From Candidatus Entotheonellaceae bacterium (GTDB lineage: Bacteria > Tectomicrobia > Entotheonellia > Entotheonellales > Entotheonellaceae), in contig OZ250173.1 in assembly GCA_965238075.1 (NCBI GenBank), positions 1,440,001 through 1,504,000 of the forward strand: DNA of 64,000 nt. Reading direction: 5' to 3'. Shown here one piece after another: positions 51,894 to 63,277 of this stretch (positions are counted from its first letter, which is position 1; every line of letters begins with the position of its first letter). The position numbers were made by a program, and so were the translations under genes. Under the pieces are notes generated by a model. The model ran no database searches. It was not told the DNA's origin and was given only the letters and a program-made list of their open reading frames with translations.

Positions 51894-52709
51894 TCAGCCC
51901 GTCAGCAGCTCGCCGTGCCTGGCGATGAGTGCCTCGGCGCGGGCCACGTCCTCGGGGCTGTCCACACCGGACATGGCGGCGCGGCCTTGGTAATCAACCT
52001 GCACGACGCGAATGCCGTAGCCGTGCTCCAGAACCCGAAGCTGTTCAAGCCCTTCGAGTTGCTCATAGTACCCCGCCGACAGCGTGACGTAAGTTTCCAG
52101 CATCTTGCGGCTGTAGCCGTAAAGCCCGACGTGCCGCAGCACCGGGGACGAACCGCCCCGGCGCCGCAGCGCTTCCTCATTCCGCATGGCCGGGATGATC
52201 TGTTTGGAAAACCACCGCGCGTTGCCGTGTGGGTCCACAATCACGCAGGTGCCGCTGAACGGCGTCTCGCGCTTCTGGGCCCGCAACCGGTCCAGTTCCG
52301 GCCAGCCCAACCGCACCGCGGGCGTAACCACCTCAATTGCCGGGTCGGCCTCGAACGCCTGCAGCATAGCGGCGATGAAGTCGGGCGGCGTCAGCGGCGC
52401 ATCGCCCTGCAAATTGACGACCACGTCGTACGCCCGCGGCAGTTCCCTGAGCGCCGCCAGCGCGCGGTCCGTGCCGCTGGGACAGGACGCCGGCGTCATC
52501 ACCCACGGCGCCCCGATGTCCTCGCAATGCGCGCCGATGCGGGCGTCATCCGTCGCCACTACGAAGTCGATGTCGCCGTTGTCCCGCGCTGCGGCGCGGG
52601 CGATGCCGCACACCCGCGACAGCATCGTTCGTCCGGCGATGCGCGTCAGCGGCTTGCCCGGCAGGCGCGTTGATCCGTAGCGGGCGGGGATGATCAGAAT
52701 GGCTCGCAT
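51894..52709 (-). CDS. kdsB: 3-deoxy-manno-octulosonate cytidylyltransferase
   Basis: IPARYGSTRLPGKPL, VATDD, SGTDR, NLQGD, HVGLYGY, EGLEQLRVLE, VDSPED. Confidence 0.95.
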   Translation of the reverse strand: MRAILIIPARYGSTRLPGKPLTRIAGRTMLSRVCGIARAAARDNGDIDFVVATDDARIGAHCEDIGAPWVMTPASCPSGTDRALAALRELPRAYDVVVNLQGDAPLTPPDFIAAMLQAFEADPAIEVVTPAVRLGWPELDRLRAQKRETPFSGTCVIVDPHGNARWFSKQIIPAMRNEEALRRRGGSSPVLRHVGLYGYSRKMLETYVTLSAGYYEQLEGLEQLRVLEHGYGIRVVQVDYQGRAAMSGVDSPEDVARAEALIARHGELLTG

Positions 52710-52819
52710 GCGCGGCGTCCTTTGGCAGGTGAGAAGCGGGCGCGGCCCGTTGTCTGACGGGGCAGATATGCTACCATAACGACTTTATTCGCAGCGCGTC
52801 CCGGATCGAGAGGTAAACC

Positions 52820-54532
<1,713 letters not shown>

Positions 54533-54553
54533 TTCGTGATTGAGGAGTCCTTC

Positions 54554-56008
54554 ATGACGCAGTCACAGGTGCGTGTCCGCATCGCGCCGAGCCCGACCGG
54601 CGCGCCGCACGTGGGCACCGCCTACATCGGGTTGTTCAACTACGTGTTCGCACGCGTGCATGGCGGGCAGTGCGTCATTCGCATCGAGGACACCGATCAG
54701 GCGCGCTCCGAACGGCGCTACGAAGAAGACATCCTGCGCTTCCTGCGCTGGGTCGGCCTGGCGTGGGACGAAGGACCGGACGTCGGTGGCCCGTACGGCC
54801 CCTACCGGCAGTCGGAACGCCTGCCCGTCTACCGCGAACACGTGCAGCAGTTGCTCGACAGCGGCGCGGCGTACCGCTGCTGGTGCACGCCGGAACGCCT
54901 GGAAGCGGTGCGCCAGCAGCAGCGTCAGGACAAGGCGCCGTTGCGCTACGACGGGCATTGTCGGCAGCTCACCGAGGCTGAGGCGAAGGCCCACGGCGAC
55001 CAGCCGTCGGTGGTGCGTCTCAAGGTGCCGGCGGACGGCAGCACTGTGGTACACGATGCTTTTCGCGATCCCATTACCATCGAGCACGGGCAGGTCGACG
55101 ATCAGGTGCTGCTCAAGTCCGACGGCTATCCGACATACCACTTGGCTAACGTCGTAGATGACCACGTTATGGATATCTCGCACGTCATCCGCGCCGAGGA
55201 GTGGATTTCTTCGACCCCCAAGCACCTCATGTTGTACGACGCCTTCGGCTGGGCGCCGCCGGTGTTCATGCATATGCCGCTGCTGCGCAACGCCGACCGC
55301 AGCAAGATCAGCAAGCGCAAGAATCCGGTGTCGCTGCGCTACTACGAACGCCAGGGATACCTGCCCGAGGCGCTGCTCAACTTCCTGGCGCTGATGGGGT
55401 GGTCGATGCCCGACGAGCGCGAGGTCTTCACGCTGGACGAGATGATCGAGTCGTTTTCGTTCGACCGCATCAGCCTGGGCGGGCCCGTTTTCGATCTGCA
55501 AAAACTGGAATGGCTGAACGGCATGTACATCCGCCAACTCTCGCCCGCGGCTCTGTCGGAGCGGCTCTTGGAAAACGCGCGTGCGAAGTCCCGGCTGCTG
55601 GACGACAACGCCTACGTGGACGCTATCACGCCGCTGTTGCAGGAGCGCCTGCGCACGCTGGGGGATTTTCAGGACATGGCGGCGTTCTTCTACGACACGC
55701 CGCTGGCCTACGACAAGGCGCTATTGCTGCCCAAGGGCAGGAACCCGCGTGAGGCCGTCAAGGTACTGACGGAGGTGGCCGAGGTGCTGACGCGGCACGC
55801 CGGCCCCTGGCAGGACGAAGAATTGGAGGCCAGCGTGCGTACGTACGTCGAGGGCGCCAAATGGCCGGGCCGCGACCTGTTCATGACCCTGCGGACAGCG
55901 GTAACCGGCCGCACCGCCTCGCCGCCTCTGTTCGCCACCATGCAGGTTCTCGGCAAGGACCTCTGCCTGTCCCGGCTCGAGGACGCCGTGGCCCTGCTGC
56001 AAAAATAG
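54554..56008 (+). CDS. gltX: Glutamate-tRNA ligase
   Basis: APSPTGAPHVGT, RIEDTD, YRQSER, PTYHLANVVDD, KISKR. Confidence 0.97.
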   Translation: MTQSQVRVRIAPSPTGAPHVGTAYIGLFNYVFARVHGGQCVIRIEDTDQARSERRYEEDILRFLRWVGLAWDEGPDVGGPYGPYRQSERLPVYREHVQQLLDSGAAYRCWCTPERLEAVRQQQRQDKAPLRYDGHCRQLTEAEAKAHGDQPSVVRLKVPADGSTVVHDAFRDPITIEHGQVDDQVLLKSDGYPTYHLANVVDDHVMDISHVIRAEEWISSTPKHLMLYDAFGWAPPVFMHMPLLRNADRSKISKRKNPVSLRYYERQGYLPEALLNFLALMGWSMPDEREVFTLDEMIESFSFDRISLGGPVFDLQKLEWLNGMYIRQLSPAALSERLLENARAKSRLLDDNAYVDAITPLLQERLRTLGDFQDMAAFFYDTPLAYDKALLLPKGRNPREAVKVLTEVAEVLTRHAGPWQDEELEASVRTYVEGAKWPGRDLFMTLRTAVTGRTASPPLFATMQVLGKDLCLSRLEDAVALLQK

Positions 56009-56025
56009 GGGCCGGAAGAACAGGC

Positions 56026-56940
56026 ATGAGCACCACCTTCGGCATCACCTTTCTCGGCACCTCCGCCGCCGTTCCTACCGTGAAGCGCAACGTCTCCGCC
56101 ACCCTGGTGACGTATCGGGATTTGAAATGGCTGATCGACTGCGGCGAGGGCACGCAGCGGCAGATCACGCGGGCGGGCAACGGCTTCAAGAACCTCACGC
56201 ATGTCTTTCTGAGCCACGAGCACCTGGACCACATCCTCGGCATGGGCGGGCTGCTGGCGACCTTCAACATGCTGCAGCCGGTCAAGCGGCTGGCGGTTTA
56301 CGGCAATCCTGCGACCCTCGACCGGGTGCGCCAGATGGCGGGCTTCATCGGCCGCTCGCTGCGGTACGATCTGCAATGGCACGAGATCAGCGAAGGGCTG
56401 ATCTACACGCATCGCCAGCTCGACTGCTATGCCTTCGCAACGAAGCATCGGGTCAAGCGGTCATACGGCTTTGTGTTCCAGGAGAAGCCCCGGCGGCGCT
56501 TTCAGCCCGAAGCCGCCGAATGTCTCGGCATTCCCCCCGGCCCGGAACGGCGCCGGTTGCTCGCCGGCGAGAGCCTGCGCGGCGCCAACGGGCAGATCGT
56601 ACGGCCCGACGACGTGCTGGGGCCGGAAGAGCCCGGTAAGAAGCTCGTTTACGTCAGCGATTCGATGTATTTCGATGGGCTAACAGAGGCGGCCGCCGGC
56701 GCCCATTGCCTGATCAGCGAAGCCACCTTTTTGCAGGCGGATGCGGAATTGGCGGCTGAGGTCGGGCACATGACCGCGGTGCAGGCCGCCACCGTGGCCC
56801 GCGACGCCGGTGTGGAAGTGTTGTACCTGAACCACCTGTCGCAGCGTTACGCGCAGGCGGAGCACCTGTTCCTTGAAGAGGCGCGGCGGATTTTCCCGAA
56901 CACACATCTCGCCAATGATCTTGACAGCATTGCGGTATAA
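56026..56940 (+). CDS. rnz: Ribonuclease Z
   Basis: FLGTSAAVP, DCGEGTQRQ, SHEHLDH, GIPPGP exosite, EATF, HMTA, NHLSQRY. Confidence 0.93.
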   Translation: MSTTFGITFLGTSAAVPTVKRNVSATLVTYRDLKWLIDCGEGTQRQITRAGNGFKNLTHVFLSHEHLDHILGMGGLLATFNMLQPVKRLAVYGNPATLDRVRQMAGFIGRSLRYDLQWHEISEGLIYTHRQLDCYAFATKHRVKRSYGFVFQEKPRRRFQPEAAECLGIPPGPERRRLLAGESLRGANGQIVRPDDVLGPEEPGKKLVYVSDSMYFDGLTEAAAGAHCLISEATFLQADAELAAEVGHMTAVQAATVARDAGVEVLYLNHLSQRYAQAEHLFLEEARRIFPNTHLANDLDSIAV

Positions 56941-56953
56941 AGGGGGCAGGCCA

Positions 56954-57155
56954 GTAGGTCGGATTAGGGCATTGCCGGCTCTGAAGGCATCAGGCTATCC
57001 CATGCTGATAAGCCGTCCACTGCCCCAGAGCGTCATTCCGGGCTTGACCCGGAATCCAGTGACCCCCGAAAACCCCTGGACCCCGGCTTTCGCCGGGGTG
57101 ACACGGACACAATTTTAAGGTGAATGTCGGATCACACTTGGTTGCTCCGACCTAT
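56954..57155. repeat. Composite intergenic repeat block: family A half-sites flanking a family B double hairpin
   Basis: GTAGGTCGGATTAG (56954); CGTCATTCCGGGCTTGACCCGGAATCCAG...CTGGACCCCGGCTTTCGCCGGGGTGAC (57031-57102); GTCGGA...TCCGACCTAT (57126-57155). Confidence 0.75.
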
Positions 57156-57174
57156 AGTTTGGCAGGTGAATGCT

Positions 57175-57861
57175 CTAATCGCCTTTCCGCGAAACGCCGT
57201 TTGACGCGGGAACTAACTGCTTGATCTTCTGCCAGGCGGGGAAGTCGGATTGCACCCACAGGCTGCCGACTTGCGGCACGAAGTTGAAGGCTTTGACGCG
57301 CACCCAGTCGTCGTGCAGTTCCAGCACCGACAAGGCGCCGTTGTCCAGGCTGAGGCGGCGGTAGTCGTTGAACGGCATGTTGAGGTAATACGCCATGGTG
57401 GTGCGGATGACGTCACCATGCGATACGACGGCGATGACCCCCTGCGGATACCGGCGACGGGCCGTTTCAACCGCTTCGACGCCGCGCCGTTGCACGTTGG
57501 GTAGGGTCTCGCCGTTGGGAAAGACGGCGTTAATCGGATCGTGGAACACGGCATGCGCTGCCGGGTGGGCGCGCTGGGTGTGGAAGAAGGAGCCCTGCCA
57601 AGCGCCGTAATCCACCTCGTGCAGGCTTGGCACCTCCTCAATGGACTTGTCCAGCCGCTGCGCGATGGCCTCGGCGGTTTGGCGGGCGCGCGCCACCGGG
57701 CTGGATAGCAGGTGGGTCACCCCGAGGGGCGCCAGCACCTCGGCAGCCAGGCGGGCCTGCTCTTGCCCGCGCGTGTTCAGCGGCACCGCGCCCTGGCCAG
57801 AAATTTTGCCGCTGACGTTTTCATCCGTTTGACCGTGCCGAATCAGTATCACCAGCGCCAT
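57175..57861 (-). CDS. Histidine phosphatase family protein
   Basis: LIRHGQT, SSPVARARQTA, EVDYG.W.G, VSHGDVIR. Confidence 0.92.
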   Translation of the reverse strand: MALVILIRHGQTDENVSGKISGQGAVPLNTRGQEQARLAAEVLAPLGVTHLLSSPVARARQTAEAIAQRLDKSIEEVPSLHEVDYGAWQGSFFHTQRAHPAAHAVFHDPINAVFPNGETLPNVQRRGVEAVETARRRYPQGVIAVVSHGDVIRTTMAYYLNMPFNDYRRLSLDNGALSVLELHDDWVRVKAFNFVPQVGSLWVQSDFPAWQKIKQLVPASNGVSRKGD

Positions 57862-57916
57862 GCGCCCTTCGTCCTCCTGTCAGTGTAAGGCAGTGGCGGG
57901 CCGCGTCTCGTTTCTC

Positions 57917-57947
57917 CCCCTCACCCCAGCCCTCTCCCGTGAGGAGG
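57917..57947 (+). repeat. Palindromic repeat family C, degenerate
   Basis: CCCCTCACCCCAGCCCTCTCCCGTGAGGAGG. Confidence 0.7.
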
Positions 57948-57974
57948 TGGGCTATCAAGGAGGCCAAACCAGCG

Positions 57975-59144
57975 ATGCCGTCGCCTTTGGAAGGAATTAC
58001 CGTTCTCGACTTTACCAGTTACATTGCCGGACCGTTCTGCCCCGTCATGCTGGCGGACATGGGTGCCGACGTGATGAAGATCGAAGCCCACGGCGGTGAC
58101 CCGACGCGCGCCTTTCCCTCTTCCATGCCCAATGGCAGCCGACTGTTTGAGGGCGTGAATCGCAACAAGCGGGGGCTGCGGCTCGATCTCAAACAGGCCG
58201 CCGGCCGCGAGGTCGTGTATCGCCTGGTGCGCCAGGCGGACGTGGTTGTCGAGAATTTCCGCCCGGGCACCGCAGAGCGGCTGCAGATCGGCTACGACGA
58301 CCTGCGGCAACGGCAGCCGAAGCTCATCTACTGCGGCATTTCGGGTTATGGGTCCAACGGGCCGCTGTCCGGCAAGCCCGGTTTCGATCAGGTGCTGCAA
58401 GCGATGACCGGCATCGCCGCCGCGCAGGGGCGTTCGCTGGGGCGCCCGATGCTTGTCGGCGGCTCCGTTGTCGATTTCTTCGCCGCCATGCTCGCCACGT
58501 ACGGCGTCATGCTCGCCCTGTTCGTACGCGAGCGCACCGGCGAGGGGCAACGGGTCGATACGTCACTGCTGGCCGCGGCGCTGTCCATGCAGGCCGGCCG
58601 CTACGTGGCCAGCGAGCACGAGCCGCTCGACAACGAGCGCGACCTGGACACCGGCATTTCCGGCCTTTATGGCTGTCGCGAAGGCCACCTTTACATTTCG
58701 GCCCACGTCCAGAAATTTTGGCTTGCCCTGTGCGACGCCGTCGAGCTGCCCGATCTGGCCGCCGATCCGCGTTACGACACCATGCGCAAGCGCAGCACCC
58801 ACGCCCAGGAATTGCGGGAGCGGCTGGAGGCCGTGTTCCAAACCAAGAGCGCCGACGAATGGGCGGCGAAACTGGAGGATGCCGGCGTGCCGAGCGCCGC
58901 GGCCGGCGCCATTCACAGTATGTTTGCACACCCGCAAGTATTGGCCAATGAATTGGTCGAGCAGGTCGCCCACCCCGCATTGGGCACCCTGTCCCTCTTT
59001 GGCCTGCCGCTCAAGCTGAGCGCCACCCCCGGTTCGGTGCGCCGCGCCGCCCCGGTTTTGGGGCAGCACTCCGAAGAGATTCTCGCCGCCGCCGGTTACG
59101 ACGCGCAGGAGATCGCTGCGTTGCGCGAGTCGCGGGTCATTTGA
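57975..59144 (+). CDS. CaiB/BaiF (family III) CoA-transferase
   Basis: PLEGITVLDF..IAGP, NRNKRG, ENFRPG, SVVD, GEGQRVDTSL, APVLGQHS. Confidence 0.93.
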   Translation: MPSPLEGITVLDFTSYIAGPFCPVMLADMGADVMKIEAHGGDPTRAFPSSMPNGSRLFEGVNRNKRGLRLDLKQAAGREVVYRLVRQADVVVENFRPGTAERLQIGYDDLRQRQPKLIYCGISGYGSNGPLSGKPGFDQVLQAMTGIAAAQGRSLGRPMLVGGSVVDFFAAMLATYGVMLALFVRERTGEGQRVDTSLLAAALSMQAGRYVASEHEPLDNERDLDTGISGLYGCREGHLYISAHVQKFWLALCDAVELPDLAADPRYDTMRKRSTHAQELRERLEAVFQTKSADEWAAKLEDAGVPSAAAGAIHSMFAHPQVLANELVEQVAHPALGTLSLFGLPLKLSATPGSVRRAAPVLGQHSEEILAAAGYDAQEIAALRESRVI

Positions 59145-59285
59145 AGCGGCACCCGCGCAGCGATCTATTAAGTTGCCGAGGTAGCGAATTTGGGAAGGTC
59201 GGCCAAAAGGGACCGGGCATGACGACATGGCCGCCGAGGCGTTGGCTCGAACCTCTCCGGAGAGGCTGGAACGCTCCTTAGTGGA

Positions 59286-59765
59286 TTATTTGGCAAGACC
59301 CTGCAGCGTTTCTTGAATCTTGTCGAAATTCGGCAGGTCCCTGGGGCTTTCAAGGACTTCGGCGTATTGCACCTTGCCGGCCTTGTCGATAACGAAAGCG
59401 GCGCGTTTGGCCACGCCCGAAAAGCCCATCAGGTCTTCAAACTGGGCGCCGTAGGCTTTGCTGACGCCGCGGTTGAAATCGCTGACCAGGGTGAAGTTGA
59501 GGTTTTCTTTTTCTTTCCACTGCTTCTGGGCGAAGGGGCTGTCGACGCTGATACCCAACACTTCGGCGTCGAGTTGGCTATACGTATTGAGATTGTCCCG
59601 CACCGAGCACAGCTCGTTGGTGCACACGCCCGTAAAGGCGAACGGCACGAACAGCAGTACGACGTTCTTCTGACCGCGAAAACCGCTCAGCGCGACGTCC
59701 TGCGTCTCGGTGTCCTTAAGCGTAAAATCCGGTGCCTCTTGCCCTACCTGTACACTCACAACCAC
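59286..59765 (-). CDS. Peroxiredoxin (AhpC/TSA; AhpE-like, single Cys pair region)
   Basis: GQEAPDFTL, PFAFTGVCTNE (PxxxTxxC), GISVDS, RAAFVIDK. Confidence 0.92.
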   Translation of the reverse strand: MVVSVQVGQEAPDFTLKDTETQDVALSGFRGQKNVVLLFVPFAFTGVCTNELCSVRDNLNTYSQLDAEVLGISVDSPFAQKQWKEKENLNFTLVSDFNRGVSKAYGAQFEDLMGFSGVAKRAAFVIDKAGKVQYAEVLESPRDLPNFDKIQETLQGLAK

Positions 59766-59929
59766 GCCTCCTGTATGGATAAATTTCCCCGTATGCCTAC
59801 GGTAAAAAGGACTGTTTGGGAACGGCGCAAACTGTATCGGCTTTTGGCAGGGCCGTCAACTTGGCGCAGGGGCCTGCCGAGCCGTTGCCAAACCGGGTAC
59901 AGAGGCCGCTCACCCGGGGCTGCGTGATC

Positions 59930-60095
59930 TTCGGAACGTCAATCCCGGCAGCTTGTCCGGCGGCGGCGAGTGCTCGATCCAGCGTGGCAAGCGGTATCCG
60001 CATCCGCACCGCGAATACCGCGGCACCGGTCCGGACCCTGTACACTGTGTGCCTTTCGCCTCGTAGGCCGTGGGATCGTACGGCATCTTGGTCAG
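59930..60095 (-). pseudogene. Probable VapC/PIN toxin C-terminal remnant
   Basis: YDPTAYEA and, in another frame, RMRIPLATLDRALAAAGQAAGI resemble the VapC LTAYDA.YL.LA....PLATLD..L..AA end. Confidence 0.45.
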
Positions 60096-60191
60096 AACGT
60101 CATAACAAATGGGGAACGGATTGAATACCGCCGACCGATTCAAGCGTGGCGGAACCAGCTTCGGTAACGATGTGTCGGGGCGGACGCTGCC

Positions 60192-63038
60192 ATGACGCCG
60201 GGCGACTTCATCGCCAAATGGCGCGCCACCGAGCTCAAGGAGCGCTCTGCCGCCCAGGAGCACTTTATCGACCTGTGCCGATTGCTGGACGAGCCGACAC
60301 CCGCCGAGGCCGACCCGACCGGTGAACACTACGGCTTCGAGCGCGGCGCCCGCAAGGACACCGGTGGCGGCGGTTGGGCCGACGTGTGGAAACGGCATCA
60401 CTTCGCCTGGGAATACAAAGGCAAGCACGCCAACCTGGACGCCGCCTTCAACCAGCTGCGGCAATATGCCCTGGCCCTGGAGAACTCGCCGCTGCTCATC
60501 GTCTCCGACATGGCGCGCTTCCGCATCCGTACCAACTGGACCAACAGCGTCAGCGAGACGCACGAATTCACGCTCGACGACCTCGCCGACGGGGCCATCC
60601 GCGACAAGCTCAAGTGGGCGATGTCCGACCCCGAGCGGCTGCGGCCGGGCGAGAGCCGCCAGGCGCTCACCGAGCGCGCCGCGGTAACCTTCGCGGCGCT
60701 GGCGCAATCGCTGCGCGAACGCGGTCACGAACCGCAGGCAGTGGCGCATTTCGTCAACCGGCTCGTCTTCTGCATGTTCGCCGAGGACGTCGGCCTGCTG
60801 CCGAACAGCATGTTCACACGCATGCTGGAGCACGCCCGCCAGCGGCCCGAAGACTTTGCCGTTTTGGCGCGCGACTTGTTCGGGGCCATGGCCACCGGCG
60901 GCCGCGTCGGCTTCGAGACGGTGGCGTGGTTCAACGGCGGGCTGTTCGACAACGATACCGCCTTGCCGCCGAACAAAGCCGAGATTGAAACCACCCTCAA
61001 GGCGTCGGCGCTCGACTGGTCGGAGATTGACCCGTCCATCCTGGGCACGCTGTTCGAGCGCGGCCTCGACCCGAGCAAGCGTTCACAGCTTGGCGCCCAC
61101 TACACCGACCGCGACAAGATCATGCGCATCATCGAGCCGGTGGTGGTCCGCCCGTGGCTGGCCGAGTGGGAGACGGCGAAAATCCGCATCGCGTCCAGTC
61201 TGGACAGGCAGGCGGCCGCCCGGTCAGCGTCCGCGCAGAGTAGACACCGCCGGGAGGCCGAGCGATTGCTGGGCGAATTTCTCAAGCGGCTGCGCGCGTT
61301 CACGGTGCTCGACCCCGCCTGTGGTTCGGGCAACTTCCTGTATCTGGCCCTGCAGGCGCTCAAGGACTTGGAGCACCGGGTGCAACTGGAGGCCGAAGCG
61401 CTGGGGTTTCCCCGCGCCTTTCCCGAAACCGGCCCGGCTAACGTGAAGGGAATCGAGATCAACCCTTATGCTGCGGAACTGGCCCGCGTCTCGGTGTGGA
61501 TCGGTGAGATTCAGTGGATGCGCCGCAACGGCTTTGTTGGATCCCGGGCCCCGATCCTGAAGCCGTTGGACACCATCGAATGCCGCGACGCGGTGCTGTC
61601 GCCGGAGGGCGGGGAACCGGAGTGGCCGGCGGCGGACGTGGTGGTGGGTAACCCGCCGTTTTTGGGAACCAAACCTATGCGTGGGATTCTGGGCGACGAA
61701 TACACGGACAACTTACGGATGGTTTACAAGGGTTCGGTTCCCGCCTTCGCCGATCTGGTCTGCTACTGGTTCCACAAGGCTGGCGAATTGATAGCTGAGG
61801 GCAAGATCTCCCGGGCTGGCCTTGTGGCCACAAACTCAATCAGAGGTGGGCGCAACCGTTCCGTGCTGGACCGGATCGAAGAACGTTCGGCTATCTTCAA
61901 CGCTTGGTCGGATGAAGAATGGACGGTTGACGGCGCCGATGTACGTGTGTCGCTTGTCTGCTTCACTTCCAAGAACTCTGAACTGCCTATGTACTTGGAC
62001 GGAATTTCCGCATCTCACATCAACGCTGACCTCACTGCAGGAGATATTTCACTATCACGAGCAAGAAAACTTCCAAAGAACCAAAGCACGGCGTTCATCG
62101 GTATCGCAAAACGCGGTCCATTTGACATTGCCGGCGATCTTGCACGCGAATGGCTTTGCCTGCCCAAGAATCCGAACTCTCGTCCCAATGCCGATGTCCT
62201 GAAACCGTGGATGAACGGCATGGATTTGACACGTCGTCCGTCAGGCAAATGGATCATCGACTTCGGTCCATCCCTGAGTGAGGCTGATGCCGCACTCTAC
62301 GAAATGCCCTTCAGCTATGCCAAGGAACACGTTAGGCCAATGAGGCAGAAGGTTCGAGTCCCCAAGTTACGAAAGTTTTGGTGGCAACACGAACATATGG
62401 CCCCAAGCATGTGGAACGCGATTACGGGTCTTTCGCGGTACATCGCCACACCGACCGTTGCTAAGCACCGCGTGTTTGCATGGTTCGATACACGCATCTG
62501 CCCCGACCATCAATTGACTGTCATCGCCCGCGACGACGACACGATCTTCGGCATCCTGCACAGTCGCTTTCATGAGGCGTGGTCGCTGCGGCTCGGCACG
62601 AGGCTCGGGGTGGGCAACGACCCACGCTACACGCCCACCACAACCTTCGGGACTTTCCCCTTTCCCGAAGGGCTGTCGCCCGACATTCCCGCTTCGGCGT
62701 ACGCAGACGACCCGCGCGCCATCACCATTGCGGAAGCCGCGCGTCGGCTGGTCGACCTACGCGACCGCTGGCTTAACCCGCCGGAATGGGTGGAATGGAT
62801 CGATGAGCCGGTTCCCGGCTATCCCAAGCGCCCGGTGCCCCGCGACGAAACCGCGGCGCAAGAACTCAAGAAACGCACCCTGACCAACCTCTACAACGCC
62901 CGCCCGCAATGGCTCGCCGATGCACACGCGGCCCTCGACGCTGCCGTCGCGGCGGCCTATGGGTGGGACGCGGCCATATCCGGCGATGAAGCGTTGCAGA
63001 AATTGCTGGCGCTCAATCTGGGGAGCAAGCACGGATAA
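60192..63038 (+). CDS. Single-chain Type IIG/IIL (MmeI/YeeA-like) restriction-modification enzyme
   Basis: N-terminal nuclease-like KERS..QEHF, ADVW...WEYK; FNGGLF, GAHYT, LDPACGSGNFL (motif I), GNPPF (motif IV), C-terminal TRD and RTLTNLYN. Confidence 0.9.
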   Translation: MTPGDFIAKWRATELKERSAAQEHFIDLCRLLDEPTPAEADPTGEHYGFERGARKDTGGGGWADVWKRHHFAWEYKGKHANLDAAFNQLRQYALALENSPLLIVSDMARFRIRTNWTNSVSETHEFTLDDLADGAIRDKLKWAMSDPERLRPGESRQALTERAAVTFAALAQSLRERGHEPQAVAHFVNRLVFCMFAEDVGLLPNSMFTRMLEHARQRPEDFAVLARDLFGAMATGGRVGFETVAWFNGGLFDNDTALPPNKAEIETTLKASALDWSEIDPSILGTLFERGLDPSKRSQLGAHYTDRDKIMRIIEPVVVRPWLAEWETAKIRIASSLDRQAAARSASAQSRHRREAERLLGEFLKRLRAFTVLDPACGSGNFLYLALQALKDLEHRVQLEAEALGFPRAFPETGPANVKGIEINPYAAELARVSVWIGEIQWMRRNGFVGSRAPILKPLDTIECRDAVLSPEGGEPEWPAADVVVGNPPFLGTKPMRGILGDEYTDNLRMVYKGSVPAFADLVCYWFHKAGELIAEGKISRAGLVATNSIRGGRNRSVLDRIEERSAIFNAWSDEEWTVDGADVRVSLVCFTSKNSELPMYLDGISASHINADLTAGDISLSRARKLPKNQSTAFIGIAKRGPFDIAGDLAREWLCLPKNPNSRPNADVLKPWMNGMDLTRRPSGKWIIDFGPSLSEADAALYEMPFSYAKEHVRPMRQKVRVPKLRKFWWQHEHMAPSMWNAITGLSRYIATPTVAKHRVFAWFDTRICPDHQLTVIARDDDTIFGILHSRFHEAWSLRLGTRLGVGNDPRYTPTTTFGTFPFPEGLSPDIPASAYADDPRAITIAEAARRLVDLRDRWLNPPEWVEWIDEPVPGYPKRPVPRDETAAQELKKRTLTNLYNARPQWLADAHAALDAAVAAAYGWDAAISGDEALQKLLALNLGSKHG

Positions 63039-63277
63039 GCCGTCCGAAGAAAGCGAAGACCGTTGCGGCTTCCCCTTCACCCTCAATTGTTCATGAGGGG
63101 TAGGGCCGGAAGGATATCAGAATCAATTACCCAGGTATGTGTCTGGAAGATGCGGCTGGATTGGGGCATGGGGCAGACGTTCAGGCATCCCGCAAAGCGG
63201 CGAGATCGATCAGAGGACGGCATCAGGTTTCGAGGCAGAATCAATCCACCTTTCTCACACCAGGGAGGGACTCCATC

